Shown here in pieces: positions 26,719 to 35,886 of a stretch of 60,741 nt of DNA. The notes below the pieces were generated by a model. That model saw only the letters and a list, made by a program, of their open reading frames with translations. It was not told the DNA's origin and ran no database searches. The DNA lies in IMG/VR virus record IMGVR_UViG_3300031576_000045, positions 1 to 60,741 of that record; one strand, given 5' to 3'. The DNA comes from a virus. Lineage: Duplodnaviria > Caudoviricetes. The translations under genes were made by a program, and so were the position numbers. The first letter of the stretch is position 1. Every line of letters starts with the position of its first letter.

Positions 26719-26952
26719 TCAGTCCTCGGGGTCGTCTGGGAGCGCGGCGCGCACCGCGCAGTCCTTCGCTTCCAGCAGCTTCCGCATCGCCGCGGTGCGT
26801 TCGGCGCTGGCCGGGGTCGACTCGAGGATGTGTTCGGCGAGGTCTCGGAACGGCCTCGACCGCGACTGCAGGTGCTCGGGCAGGTGCCGGTACCTGAAGT
26901 ACGAGAACAGCTTCCGCGACGCGGGGTCGAGAGATTTGACGTCGATCGGCAT
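26719..26952 (-). CDS. small helical-hairpin protein, possibly Acb2/Tad1-like
   Basis: FRYRHLPEHLQ..PF..LA..PASAERTAAMRKLLEAKDCAVRA. Confidence 0.6.
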   Translation of the reverse strand: MPIDVKSLDPASRKLFSYFRYRHLPEHLQSRSRPFRDLAEHILESTPASAERTAAMRKLLEAKDCAVRAALPDDPED

Positions 26953-27005
26953 GGCGTCGACCGTAGCACGGGCGAAACGATGCGTCGTTGAGCTAGCGTC
27001 GTCGC

Positions 27006-27476
27006 GTGCCGCCTCCGACCTGGCCGTTCTCCCCGCGCGTTCTCGACCGCACCAACCTCGGGGCTCAGAACACGAACAGCACGACGGGCGTCGACCTGTG
27101 GGGCGGCGGGGCGACCAAGAGCCTCGGGCACGGCGAGGGGATGGTGCTCATCTACGGGCACCTGCTGTGCCTGCACACCCTCGTCACTGGGCGCGCTGAC
27201 TTCCAGCTCCAGGTCTCGGAGGACGGAGTCGTCTGGACGCCGGGCGATCCGACGGTGCCGGCCCGATGGTTCACCAAGAGCCTCGCAGTCACCAACGCCC
27301 TGCTGTTGCTCGTGCACCCCGTCGATCTGCTGTTCGTCTACGACAAGAACCAGCACCGCGAGGGGTTCGCGCGCATCCGATGGAAGACCAACGGCGGCGT
27401 GCTCAGCCTGGCCGCCGACACGGCCGACGGGTTCGCCAGCACGATCCGAGCGCTGAAGTTCCCGACCTGGGAGTAG
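27006..27476 (+). CDS. hypothetical beta-sandwich-like protein, antisense within head operon
   Basis: Fills the gap exactly between minus-strand genes; strong codon bias. Confidence 0.75.
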   Translation: MPPPTWPFSPRVLDRTNLGAQNTNSTTGVDLWGGGATKSLGHGEGMVLIYGHLLCLHTLVTGRADFQLQVSEDGVVWTPGDPTVPARWFTKSLAVTNALLLLVHPVDLLFVYDKNQHREGFARIRWKTNGGVLSLAADTADGFASTIRALKFPTWE

Positions 27477-27479
27477 CTG

Positions 27480-28421
27480 CTACGGCCGGACCAGGCCGAC
27501 CGTGCACCGGCAGTTTGGGTGCGCGGGTGGGCGCGCGAACGACTCGCCGAGCACGCCCGACCTGAAGTCCTCGTCGACGGGGACCGGGTCCGAGTCGCCG
27601 AGCTCGTTGCAGATCGGACACGTGCGCGAAGATCCGTCGGCGTGGATCCATCGTTTCTTCATCCCGCCCGGCAGCAGCCCTTCTCGTTCGGCCTGGCGCC
27701 ACGAGTCGAGCGTGCCCTGGTTCGACGCGGTCATGGTCTCCGTGCGAGCGATCGTCTCGGCCCGGTACGCGGTGAGCCGGTCGGCGTACGCGCGCGCCGC
27801 GGACTCGATCGCGTCGTCGTCGCTGCCGGCGTCGGCCATGGTGCGGATCTGCCGCTCGACCGCGCGCGACAACCGGTCGTCGAGGCCCAGCGTCTCGCGC
27901 AGCGCGCGGGCCGTCGTGCGCACGGGGACGCCTTCGACGAAGCCGCGCTCGATCGCGTCGCGGATGCGCTGCCGCGCGGCGCCGGTGATGCCGGACACGA
28001 GAGCAGCGCCGCGGCGACGCACGAAGTCCTCGCTGTACGGGTTTCGGAGGTCGAACCGGCCGGTGATGACCTTCACGACGATGGTCGGCTCGGTCGTGCG
28101 GACCAGCGTCGCATCGGGCTCGTTCGTGTGCGGCGACCGGTCCAACCGGCGAAGCTCTGCGTCACCAGCCTCTGCGAGCTTCGCCCGGATCGCTTCTTCG
28201 AGAGCCTCGGAGAGCTCGCCTTCGACGGTGCGCCACCTGGCGTCGGTCGCGTACGGCATCCAGTTCCGCAGCGCGATCGCGCGCTCGAGGTGCTCGACCG
28301 GGAACAGCTCGCGCATGCGCGCCGCGGCCAGCAGCGTCGCGGACTGGAACGCGCGGGTGAAGTCGTCCGTCGGCCGGGCCGCGGCGAGCTCGGCCTCCTT
28401 GTTCACCGCGCGGAACGTCAC
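27480..28421 (-). CDS. MuF/SPP1 gp7-like minor head protein
   Basis: RAETIARTE..KKRW..RTCPIC..PPAHPNCRC. Confidence 0.9.
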   Translation of the reverse strand: MTFRAVNKEAELAAARPTDDFTRAFQSATLLAAARMRELFPVEHLERAIALRNWMPYATDARWRTVEGELSEALEEAIRAKLAEAGDAELRRLDRSPHTNEPDATLVRTTEPTIVVKVITGRFDLRNPYSEDFVRRRGAALVSGITGAARQRIRDAIERGFVEGVPVRTTARALRETLGLDDRLSRAVERQIRTMADAGSDDDAIESAARAYADRLTAYRAETIARTETMTASNQGTLDSWRQAEREGLLPGGMKKRWIHADGSSRTCPICNELGDSDPVPVDEDFRSGVLGESFARPPAHPNCRCTVGLVRP

Positions 28422-28424
28422 GGC

Positions 28425-29942
28425 CTACTCCTCCGCGGCGGGCCCGACCGTCGGCGGCCTGTTCGGCTTGGGCGGCTCGGGTGGTGCGGCCGTCGACGTC
28501 GCCGGCCTCGGCTTCTCCGGGGGCGGCGCGTTCGGGACGGCGCGCGCCGGCTCGGGGACGTCGGACTTCTGCGGCAGCTTCAGCATCTCGCGCAGCTTCC
28601 GCTCGATGGCGTCGTCGGGCACAAGCACACCGGCGCCGACGAGGTTGTTGATCGCCGTGGCGACGGCGTCCAGGTCCGGCGTCTCGAGGTCGCCGTACAC
28701 GAGCGACGGGTACTCGTCCGCCGTGTACCCGTTCAGCCCCATCAGTCGAGGGATCAGGTACCGGTTCACCGTCGACGCGATGTTCTCCATGTGACCGCCC
28801 AGCGCGGTCGAGAAGAGCGTCGTCTTCGTCGATGCGAGCGAGTAGCTGCCGACCTGCTGCGTCCCGAGGAAGATGAACTCCGCCAGCATGGTCATGGCGA
28901 TGCGCTGCTCGTGCCGCGTGACCACGCCCGACGTGTCGATCGACCTCCGGCCGGGCGACGCGATCAGCGCGAGCTCGTACCCGGTGTGCTCGCCCTTCGG
29001 GGTCATCTTCGCAGGGAAGACGATCCCCTCTCTCTCGTCGCGTCGGATCTGCTGCACCAGCGTCTGGTACAGCTGCCGCAGCTGCTTCTGCTGCGGCGTC
29101 GCCGACGGAGACATGATCTCCGGTGGCACGTACGCGACGGGCAGGCCGGTCAGGTCGCGCTCGATGCCGATCGCCTCGATCTCTTCGATCCGCTTCGCGA
29201 AGTGCCACGGGCGGTACGCATTGCGGAGACACGACCGGCCTTCCGGGTTGTTCTTCCGCGACGTCGTGCGGAACAGCAGCGCGCGCTGCAGCGGGATCAG
29301 GACCGTCGTCTGGCCAGACCACGGGTCCTGCTGCCACATGCCCAGCACGGTCCCTTCGTTGTCGAACTCCCACCGGTCGAGCGTGTCCTGCGATCGGATC
29401 GACAGCTTGCGCAGGCCGACGCGCCCGTCGGTGAAGCGCGACCGGTAGCGCGCGTCGTCGCCGGGCCCGCGGCGCAGCTTGTAGACGATCTCGAAGAAGC
29501 TCCACCCGAACGGCAGCATGGACAGCACCTCGGCGACGAACTCGTCCCAGGTGTGGCTCATGTCCTCGATGCACTCCTCGAAGAACTTCGCCGCCTCCTT
29601 CTGCCGCGGCGTCTCGCCCTGCGGTTCGACGCGCCACTCGACCTGACGCAGCAGCATCTCGATCACGTACAGCACCGCGCCGACGATCGGGCTGTTGTCG
29701 CTCATCTCGCGGTACACGCGCGCGGCGCGGCGGCCGGAGAGCTTGACTAGCAGTTCCTCGTCGACGTACCCGCCCGTGCGCCGCAGGCCGGTCGTGCCGA
29801 TGGGGACGTCCATCGGGAGCTTGCTCGCGGCCTCGAGCTCGGACGGCGGCGCAGAGTCGGTCGCCGGCGTCGACTGCGGAAGCTGAGCGGCGGGTTCGGG
29901 TTCGGCCTTCTCGAACCACGACGTCGGGTCGTACCAAGCCAT
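28425..29942 (-). CDS. portal protein (DUF935-like)
   Basis: MLPFGWSFFEIVYK..NNPEGRSCLRNAYRPW..IERDLTGLP..GSYSLA. Confidence 0.92.
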   Translation of the reverse strand: MAWYDPTSWFEKAEPEPAAQLPQSTPATDSAPPSELEAASKLPMDVPIGTTGLRRTGGYVDEELLVKLSGRRAARVYREMSDNSPIVGAVLYVIEMLLRQVEWRVEPQGETPRQKEAAKFFEECIEDMSHTWDEFVAEVLSMLPFGWSFFEIVYKLRRGPGDDARYRSRFTDGRVGLRKLSIRSQDTLDRWEFDNEGTVLGMWQQDPWSGQTTVLIPLQRALLFRTTSRKNNPEGRSCLRNAYRPWHFAKRIEEIEAIGIERDLTGLPVAYVPPEIMSPSATPQQKQLRQLYQTLVQQIRRDEREGIVFPAKMTPKGEHTGYELALIASPGRRSIDTSGVVTRHEQRIAMTMLAEFIFLGTQQVGSYSLASTKTTLFSTALGGHMENIASTVNRYLIPRLMGLNGYTADEYPSLVYGDLETPDLDAVATAINNLVGAGVLVPDDAIERKLREMLKLPQKSDVPEPARAVPNAPPPEKPRPATSTAAPPEPPKPNRPPTVGPAAEE

Positions 29943-29945
29943 CGG

Positions 29946-30179
29946 TCAGCCTCCGAAGAGAACCAGCAGGAACAGCGCGGTCACGAACGAGCCGAGGACG
30001 ACGCCGATGGTGAACGACGCCAGCGTCGACGGCCGCTCGAACGAGGTTGGGTGCAGCCAACCGCACTTGTTGCAGAACTGATCCGCCAGGTACTGGCACT
30101 CGCGCCCGTCGCGTGGGCGCAGGTGCCGGGTGCCGACGAGGACGGAGAAGCCGTGCATTCGCGCAACGTACCTCGTCAT
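29946..30179 (-). CDS. small membrane protein with Zn knuckle
   Basis: FCNKCG and C-terminal TM; ATGA overlap with terL. Confidence 0.55.
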   Translation of the reverse strand: MTRYVARMHGFSVLVGTRHLRPRDGRECQYLADQFCNKCGWLHPTSFERPSTLASFTIGVVLGSFVTALFLLVLFGG

Positions 30180-31720
30180 GAAGTCCACGGCGACTCGCGC
30201 GTGCCTTCGAGGTCTGGCTCTGCAGACGGCGCCGGCCCGTCGCCGTGCTCCTCGAGCAGCCACGCGTAGCCGCCCGACGCGGCGTCGGCCTGGTCCTTGT
30301 AGCCCTTGGGCAGCTGCACCAGCTCGTTCACGAAGTCGCGGTTCCATGCGCCGCGCACAAGGTACAGCGCGCCGAAGCGCGCGATGCCGGCGAGCGGGCG
30401 CCACATCTCTTCCTTGCTGCCGGTCTTGTGGTGCTCGTGCACGTCCCACCCGCGCAGGGTGCGCACCGCGTACCCGCGGACGACGGCCTTCCCCGAGCTG
30501 CCGGGCTCGCGCTCGATCGCCACCGGGACCTCCTTCCCGTCGGTCTCGGCCGTCGCGCGCACGAACAGCTCGACGTCGCCGGGCTCAAGTCGCGCGCGCA
30601 CGGCGTCGGCGATGATGACTCGCATCGCGCCGGCCTCGTCGAACCACAGCCCGACCTTCACGCCGGCAGACCACGCCGGGTCCTTACCCTCGTTCTCCTC
30701 GAGCTCGGGGTCCGTGCCGGCGAGGTCCCAGTAGCGCACCCACTGCACGTCGGCCGGCTCTTCTTCCAGGAACCGCGCGAACCACTCGCGCTTGAAGATC
30801 TTGCCCGACGGCTGCGCGTCCCAGTCGCCCTCGGCGTACCAGGCGTACTCGACCGGGTCGAGCTGCGCGAGGTTGAGCAGGTACCCGCGCCGGTCGAGCG
30901 ACGGGTTGTCGTCGGCGAACGCGGGCACGAAGTGCGCGCCCTGCGCGACGACGCCGAGCTTCCGGGCGATCTCCTTCACCTGCTCGGACGGCGGCGACTG
31001 GAAGACCGGGAGACCGACGCGGCTCCCCTTGCGCCATCCCTTGTACGGGTGCCCGGTCCCGAGCTGCGCGGCGTGCTCGACGAAGCGCGCCTTCACCCAC
31101 TCGTGGCCGACGCCGCCCGGGTTCGTGTTCGCGCGCATCCGCGTCGGGATCTTCGCGTCGGTGCTGCGCAGGCGGGAGAACAGGAAGACGTAGTCCCCCT
31201 CGTCCCACTCCGTCAGCTCCTCGACACCGATGAACTGGTAGGCCGGGCCCTTCCACTTGTCGCGGTCCTTCGTGAACTTCAGGTGGCCGAACGAGATCGT
31301 CGCGCCGGGATTCGAGTCGTACGTCGGGAACCTGAACCCCAGCAGCCCGGCGTCCCACTGCGCGGCCGTGCCGGCGAACCACTTCTTCGCGCGGTCGAGG
31401 ATCGCGTCGGCCTTGAACAGGTCGGTCTCGCTGCGCCGGAGGATCAGCGCCGAGTACGTCGGTCGGTCGACGTACTGCAGCCCGGCCAGCAGCAGTGCGT
31501 CCGACTTCCCGCCGCCCGCGGCTCCGCCGTACAGGCACTCCTGCGCGTCGAGCTCAAGGAACGTCCGCTGCTTTGGGTGCGGTGAGTGGGGGCTGTACGG
31601 CTTCACCGCCACCCGGAGCGTCTCGTCCGCCCGGTCGCGACGGATCTCCATCAGCTTCAGCGCCGCTCTTTCCGCCAGCGAGGGCATGTAGCGCGCGCTC
31701 GTAGCCTTGTATGTCGTCAC
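30176..31720 (-). CDS. terL: terminase large subunit
   Basis: LYGGAAGGGKS, IGVEELTE, ANTNPGG, RYWDLA, DQADA. Confidence 0.95.
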   Translation of the reverse strand: MTTYKATSARYMPSLAERAALKLMEIRRDRADETLRVAVKPYSPHSPHPKQRTFLELDAQECLYGGAAGGGKSDALLLAGLQYVDRPTYSALILRRSETDLFKADAILDRAKKWFAGTAAQWDAGLLGFRFPTYDSNPGATISFGHLKFTKDRDKWKGPAYQFIGVEELTEWDEGDYVFLFSRLRSTDAKIPTRMRANTNPGGVGHEWVKARFVEHAAQLGTGHPYKGWRKGSRVGLPVFQSPPSEQVKEIARKLGVVAQGAHFVPAFADDNPSLDRRGYLLNLAQLDPVEYAWYAEGDWDAQPSGKIFKREWFARFLEEEPADVQWVRYWDLAGTDPELEENEGKDPAWSAGVKVGLWFDEAGAMRVIIADAVRARLEPGDVELFVRATAETDGKEVPVAIEREPGSSGKAVVRGYAVRTLRGWDVHEHHKTGSKEEMWRPLAGIARFGALYLVRGAWNRDFVNELVQLPKGYKDQADAASGGYAWLLEEHGDGPAPSAEPDLEGTRESPWTS

Positions 31721-32234
31721 CGAACGCCTCCTTCAGCCGGTCCAGAGCGCCGTCGAACTCTCCGGCGATGTGCAGTCGGACCTGCGGCACGAACTCCTCG
31801 GGGTCCGTGATCGCCCCGAGCGCCTGAGCTGCGCGCCAGTCGCCCGGCTTCTTCGCGGTCCCCTGCGCCGCGCGTCTGATCTGCAGCTTCAGCAGCGTTC
31901 GACGTCGCGCGCCGGCCCCCTCTATCAGCCGGGCGAACAGGACATAGACGCCGGGGTCGTCGGCCTGGGCCAGCTTGCCCGCGCGGCCCTTCTCGAGCCA
32001 CTGCTGCCCGGTGTCGTACACGACGCCGGACGTGAGGCACGCGTCCTTGAACGACGCGGAGTTCGCCACGCGGTCGGCGATCTCCTGCGCGATGGCGGCG
32101 GTCAGGGCGGTACGCCGGCCCGGCATCGTCGGGGGCAGCGGCCCCTGAGCGGGAGCTGCCGCAGCCGGCGCCGGCCGGACTCGCCGGAGCTTCCGCCGCC
32201 GCGGGTGCTTCTTCTTCGTCGTTCTCCGCGCCAC
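31554..32234 (-). CDS. terminase small subunit candidate
   Basis: Upstream of and overlapping terL; HTH-like GRRTALT..WLEKG..DWRAA. Confidence 0.7.
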   Translation of the reverse strand: MARRTTKKKHPRRRKLRRVRPAPAAAAPAQGPLPPTMPGRRTALTAAIAQEIADRVANSASFKDACLTSGVVYDTGQQWLEKGRAGKLAQADDPGVYVLFARLIEGAGARRRTLLKLQIRRAAQGTAKKPGDWRAAQALGAITDPEEFVPQVRLHIAGEFDGALDRLKEAFGDDIQGYERALHALAGGKSGAEADGDPSRPGGRDAPGGGEAVQPPLTAPKAADVP

Positions 32235-32272
32235 GCGGTCAGACTACCTCGGCCGGAGTAGAGGGGAGAATC

Positions 32273-32476
32273 TCACGTCGACTTCGCGCCGGGATTCTCC
32301 CCGGCAGACGGGCGTGAGTAGACGAGCAGCGGAGCGTGCCACGCCTGGCGTTCCCATCCCCACCGACGGCGGGCCCAGAACCCGGCGCACCCGCCCTCGC
32401 GGTACGGGCTCATGCACCAGGCGCGGGCGTCGACCACGAGCATCGGGCCGCCGCAGGTCGGGCATGTCCGGATCAC
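32273..32476 (-). CDS. small Zn-ribbon protein
   Basis: VIRTCPTCGGPM..WC..GC; GTGA overlap. Confidence 0.55.
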   Translation of the reverse strand: MIRTCPTCGGPMLVVDARAWCMSPYREGGCAGFWARRRWGWERQAWHAPLLVYSRPSAGENPGAKST

Positions 32477-32649
32477 TGCCTGGCGCCCTTGTGCGACTCG
32501 TGGGGGCAGGTCGCGTGCTTTCGCTGCGGCCGAGACTTCGAGGTAATCCACAGGTCGTGTCCGCAGCTGAGTTCGAGGCACCATCGCAGCTCGTTGATCG
32601 GAGACTGACGCGCGTCTCGCACCTCGACTCGGAGACCCTCGTTCGTCAC
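32473..32649 (-). CDS. small protein absent from the ORF track
   Basis: VTNEGLRVEV..WCLELSCGHDLW..TCPH; GTGA overlaps at both ends. Confidence 0.55.
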   Translation of the reverse strand: MTNEGLRVEVRDARQSPINELRWCLELSCGHDLWITSKSRPQRKHATCPHESHKGARQ

Positions 32650-32882
32650 CGCTGCACCGCGCAGTTCGCCCGGCCAGTGACGAACGCCTCGATCAGCTCG
32701 TCGTTGCGCCGCGTCGCGACCTGCATCGCCTGGAACCGCGCCACGTGGCGCTCGAGGATCACGACGCAGCGGTTAGCCGCGGCCTCCCACTCTTCGGCGT
32801 CGCGCGCCGCGTGCGCGTCGCCCACCAGGTACCCGACCAGCAGCGCAGCGGCTATCAGCATTACTGTCTTCATCGTCTTCAT
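32646..32882 (-). CDS. small exported/membrane protein
   Basis: Hydrophobic N-terminus. Confidence 0.6.
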   Translation of the reverse strand: MKTMKTVMLIAAALLVGYLVGDAHAARDAEEWEAAANRCVVILERHVARFQAMQVATRRNDELIEAFVTGRANCAVQR

Positions 32883-33040
32883 CGGCGTCTCCTCCTACGT
32901 CGCTTGGTGGGTATGGGCGCAGGAGGTGGAGCCCAACGGCGCTTGATCTCGTCACGCGCGAGCTCGCCAATGGCGGCCCCGATTACAGCAGCGGTGGCTG
33001 CGAGCAGCGCCACGCCAACTTTCTTCAGCGCCTCTTTCAC
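32879..33040 (-). CDS. small single-TM protein
   Basis: VGVALLAATAAVIGAAIG. Confidence 0.5.
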   Translation of the reverse strand: MKEALKKVGVALLAATAAVIGAAIGELARDEIKRRWAPPPAPIPTKRRRRRRR

Positions 33041-33399
33041 CGCCGTGTCCCCAAGGTCGAACCGAGTGCGCGGCGCGTGTCGACGAAGTCGAGTCGGGCG
33101 CGCGCGCGGTTCGCCGCGTCCTCGTACGCGCGCCTCGCCGGGTTGTTGAACTTCAGCTCGTCGGCGCGCGCGTCGCAGTGCGCAGCGAACCTGCGGAACC
33201 ACGTCGACGCGTCGGGGCTGTTTCGCGTCTTCGCGTAGTGGCACCGTACCGACAGCACCCAGCACGTCGCCTCAGATTCCTCCGCCTTGGCCCGGCCGAA
33301 GAAGTGATCGACCTCTCCGGGCGGGACTTTCGCGCCACAATGACATTCGCAGTGGCCGCGGCATCGAACGAGCAGCGCCTGGTGGAGAACGGCGTCCAT
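33037..33399 (-). CDS. HNH-like endonuclease (possibly packaging-associated)
   Basis: CECHCG..EVDHFFGR..LSVRCHYAKT. Confidence 0.7.
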   Translation of the reverse strand: MDAVLHQALLVRCRGHCECHCGAKVPPGEVDHFFGRAKAEESEATCWVLSVRCHYAKTRNSPDASTWFRRFAAHCDARADELKFNNPARRAYEDAANRARARLDFVDTRRALGSTLGTRR

Positions 33400-33770
33400 C
33401 AGCGCTTCACCGCCGCGCAGAGCGGCGCATGGCCGGTCATCTCTTCGCTGTCCTCGTAGCTGCACGTGCATTGCCTTGACCTCCACGCGTCGACGGCAGC
33501 GAGCACCGCGCGCTGCCCGTCGGCCGGCGTCGGTCCGAGCTCGTCCTTGAGCGCGTCGAACTGCCGCAGCTTCTTCCCGCGCATGATGCAGACGATCTCG
33601 AACCATCCCATCCCGCCTCGCGACGCGAGCTTCTCGAGATCCTGGTCGTGGTTCTCGATCGCCTGCCGCTCGAACTGTTGGATCCACGCCCACGGCACGG
33701 AGTGCGGCGGCGGCGTCTTTCGACGGTCCTCAGACAGCACCGGGAACTGTCTCTCTTGCTCGTTGCTCAC
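33399..33770 (-). CDS. hypothetical protein
   Basis: SVPWAWIQQFERQAIENHDQDLEKLASRGG. Confidence 0.7.
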   Translation of the reverse strand: MSNEQERQFPVLSEDRRKTPPPHSVPWAWIQQFERQAIENHDQDLEKLASRGGMGWFEIVCIMRGKKLRQFDALKDELGPTPADGQRAVLAAVDAWRSRQCTCSYEDSEEMTGHAPLCAAVKR

Positions 33771-34261
33771 GCGGCGTCCCGACTGCGCCCGATCAGCTTC
33801 TCGAAGAACGCGCGGGCGCGTGCCGCGTTCTTCGGTTCGTTCCACCATCGATTCAGGCCCGACGGGTGCGGCACGATCGCGAACTCCGTCTGCCGGTCGT
33901 CTCTGAATTTGAACCACTCGAACCAATCCCACGATGTCAGCGCGCCGAACGCGTCGGCGACGTTGCGGCCGACGAGCAAGACGTGCGTCCGAGACCACAC
34001 CTGAGGCTGAGTAAGCGTCGGCGTGCCGAAGAGAAGATCGCGGCCGACGTCGCGGGCGCGCGCGGCCGGCCACCTCGGGCCAGGGTACTCGTCGATCAGG
34101 TTCACCGCGTCGACGTTGCCGACGCCGGACGCCGACGAGCGCGTGACGCGCAGGCCCATCTCCCACAGCCTCTTCGCGCTGCGCTGCCGGCCGTAGAACG
34201 GCGGCCACCCGGGCGGCGTCGTGCGCGCCGGCGCCTCGCCGATCAGCAGCGGGCGCGTCAC
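33767..34261 (-). CDS. uracil-DNA-glycosylase-superfamily protein
   Basis: LLIGEAP (motif A), VLLVG, VPHPSGLNRWWN (motif B). Confidence 0.8.
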   Translation of the reverse strand: MTRPLLIGEAPARTTPPGWPPFYGRQRSAKRLWEMGLRVTRSSASGVGNVDAVNLIDEYPGPRWPAARARDVGRDLLFGTPTLTQPQVWSRTHVLLVGRNVADAFGALTSWDWFEWFKFRDDRQTEFAIVPHPSGLNRWWNEPKNAARARAFFEKLIGRSRDAA

Positions 34262-35079
34262 GTCGTCACCCGTGGAAGCGGCGAGGTCGGGATTGAGCCG
34301 CCCTCCCCGGTGGTGGTGCCACCGGGCGAGCCTTTTTCGCCGCGCTTCGGGTACGGCTGCCGTCTCTTCTCTACCATCTCTGCGAGTCTCTCGTCCTTCG
34401 GGTCCAGCAGGAAGACGTAGCGGCCCTTCGGGTTCGCGGTCTGCCGCTTCCACCCGTCGGCGAGAAGGCGCGCCTCGACCTGCTTGTTCGTCATCCCGGT
34501 GCGGCGCGCGTAGTCCGTCTGCTGGTTGAGGCTCCACAGCCGGCCCTTCGGGCTGACCCACTGCGGCCACGCGTCGCCCTTGCCGACGAAGGTCCAGTTC
34601 GTCGCCTGGTACACGGTGCCGATCTCCCCGGCGTCGGAGTCGGAGAACGCGATCGCCAGCTTCGAGCCGCGCTTCGCCTCGAGCTTCAGCGAGTAGCCGA
34701 TGAGCTTGGAATTCGTCCCGACCGGCGCCCAGTGCACGCACGCGCCGCGCACGAGGTAGGCGAGCTCGTGGTTCTCGATGCCGAACGACTTCGCCAGCGC
34801 CGGGAGCGCCTTCCCCGCTGGCGTCCAGCACGTGACGCCGGCGACGTACGGGCCGAACGAGAGGCCGTAGCACCGGTTCGTCGCGGTGCCCATGGTGCCG
34901 AGCCACTCGTACTTGAAGATGATCTGCTTCGCGACGTCGTACGCGACCGGGCCGACGCGCGCGGTCTTCAGGCTCAGGTCGACGTCCGGCGCCGGCTCGT
35001 GCTGGTGACGGTCGCGCAGCTGCTTCTGCCACGCGACGCCGCCCGACTCCTGGATGCTACGAAACGTGTGTCTCGACAC
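34258..35079 (-). CDS. mom: Mom-family (GNAT-fold) adenine modification protein
   Basis: KYEWLG..LVRGAC..NSKLIGYSLK..FSDSDAGEIGTVYQATNW..KGRYVFLL..PYPK. Confidence 0.85.
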   Translation of the reverse strand: MSRHTFRSIQESGGVAWQKQLRDRHQHEPAPDVDLSLKTARVGPVAYDVAKQIIFKYEWLGTMGTATNRCYGLSFGPYVAGVTCWTPAGKALPALAKSFGIENHELAYLVRGACVHWAPVGTNSKLIGYSLKLEAKRGSKLAIAFSDSDAGEIGTVYQATNWTFVGKGDAWPQWVSPKGRLWSLNQQTDYARRTGMTNKQVEARLLADGWKRQTANPKGRYVFLLDPKDERLAEMVEKRRQPYPKRGEKGSPGGTTTGEGGSIPTSPLPRVTT

Positions 35080-35656
35080 CTGGCACCTTCGCGATCGCCT
35101 CGACGTGGGCGCGGATCTTCTCGAACGCCGCGCGCGTGCACCTGACCTCGACGTAGACCTCGGACTCCAGAGACGGCTCGCCGGTCGGGTTCTGGTCCGG
35201 CAGCTCCAGCGAGGCGATCAGTTCGTCGACGTCGTCGCGCTCGAACCCGGTGCCGGCCAGCGCGTCGTCGCCCCACCCGGAGATCATGTCGACCAGCTCC
35301 GCGCGGTTCCAGTCGCCCTTCGCGACGAGGTTGTTGACCGCGACCAGGAACGCCTCGGCGTCGGCGTCGTTCTTCGACGACCACCCGCGCTGCACGGGGA
35401 TCAGCCACCGGTCGCCGTCGACCTCGACGCCGTCGGGCGGCGGCGCACCCTTCTTCTTCAGCGCCCCGAGCGCGTCGAGCCGACCGTGACCGCCGACGAT
35501 GCGTCCGGTTCGCTCGTCGTAGATCATCCCGTCGGCGTACCCGAACCGCGCCACCGACGCTTCGAGGTCTTCGTCGGCGTGCTTCTTCGGGTTACGCGCC
35601 GCCCGACGAATCTCGTCTAGCGGCATGTACTCCGTCCAGCGCTTCTGTTTCTTCAC
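35057..35656 (-). CDS. ParB/Srx-like N-terminal domain protein
   Basis: RNPKKH..SVARFGY..IVGGHGRLDAL..VNNL..GDW. Confidence 0.85.
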   Translation of the reverse strand: MKKQKRWTEYMPLDEIRRAARNPKKHADEDLEASVARFGYADGMIYDERTGRIVGGHGRLDALGALKKKGAPPPDGVEVDGDRWLIPVQRGWSSKNDADAEAFLVAVNNLVAKGDWNRAELVDMISGWGDDALAGTGFERDDVDELIASLELPDQNPTGEPSLESEVYVEVRCTRAAFEKIRAHVEAIAKVPGVETHVS

Positions 35657-35886
35657 TGGACCACCTCGACGTTGCGCGCGTTGACGATCTCGATCTGCTC
35701 GTACTCGCGACGGCCGTCCTTCTCGAAGACCGTCGGGGCGAAGAATACCGCGCGGTGCGGCACACCCTGATCGCGGGGGTCGAACGCGCAGACGACCGAC
35801 GGAAAGTCGTCGTCGTCGTCGACGGGCAGCTCGGCGGTGAACCGCACACCGCCCGCCGCGTTCAGGGTGACGCGCCGACCGCTCAT
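35653..35886 (-). CDS. hypothetical protein
   Basis: Overlapping start/stop codons, codon bias. Confidence 0.55.
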   Translation of the reverse strand: MSGRRVTLNAAGGVRFTAELPVDDDDDFPSVVCAFDPRDQGVPHRAVFFAPTVFEKDGRREYEQIEIVNARNVEVVQ

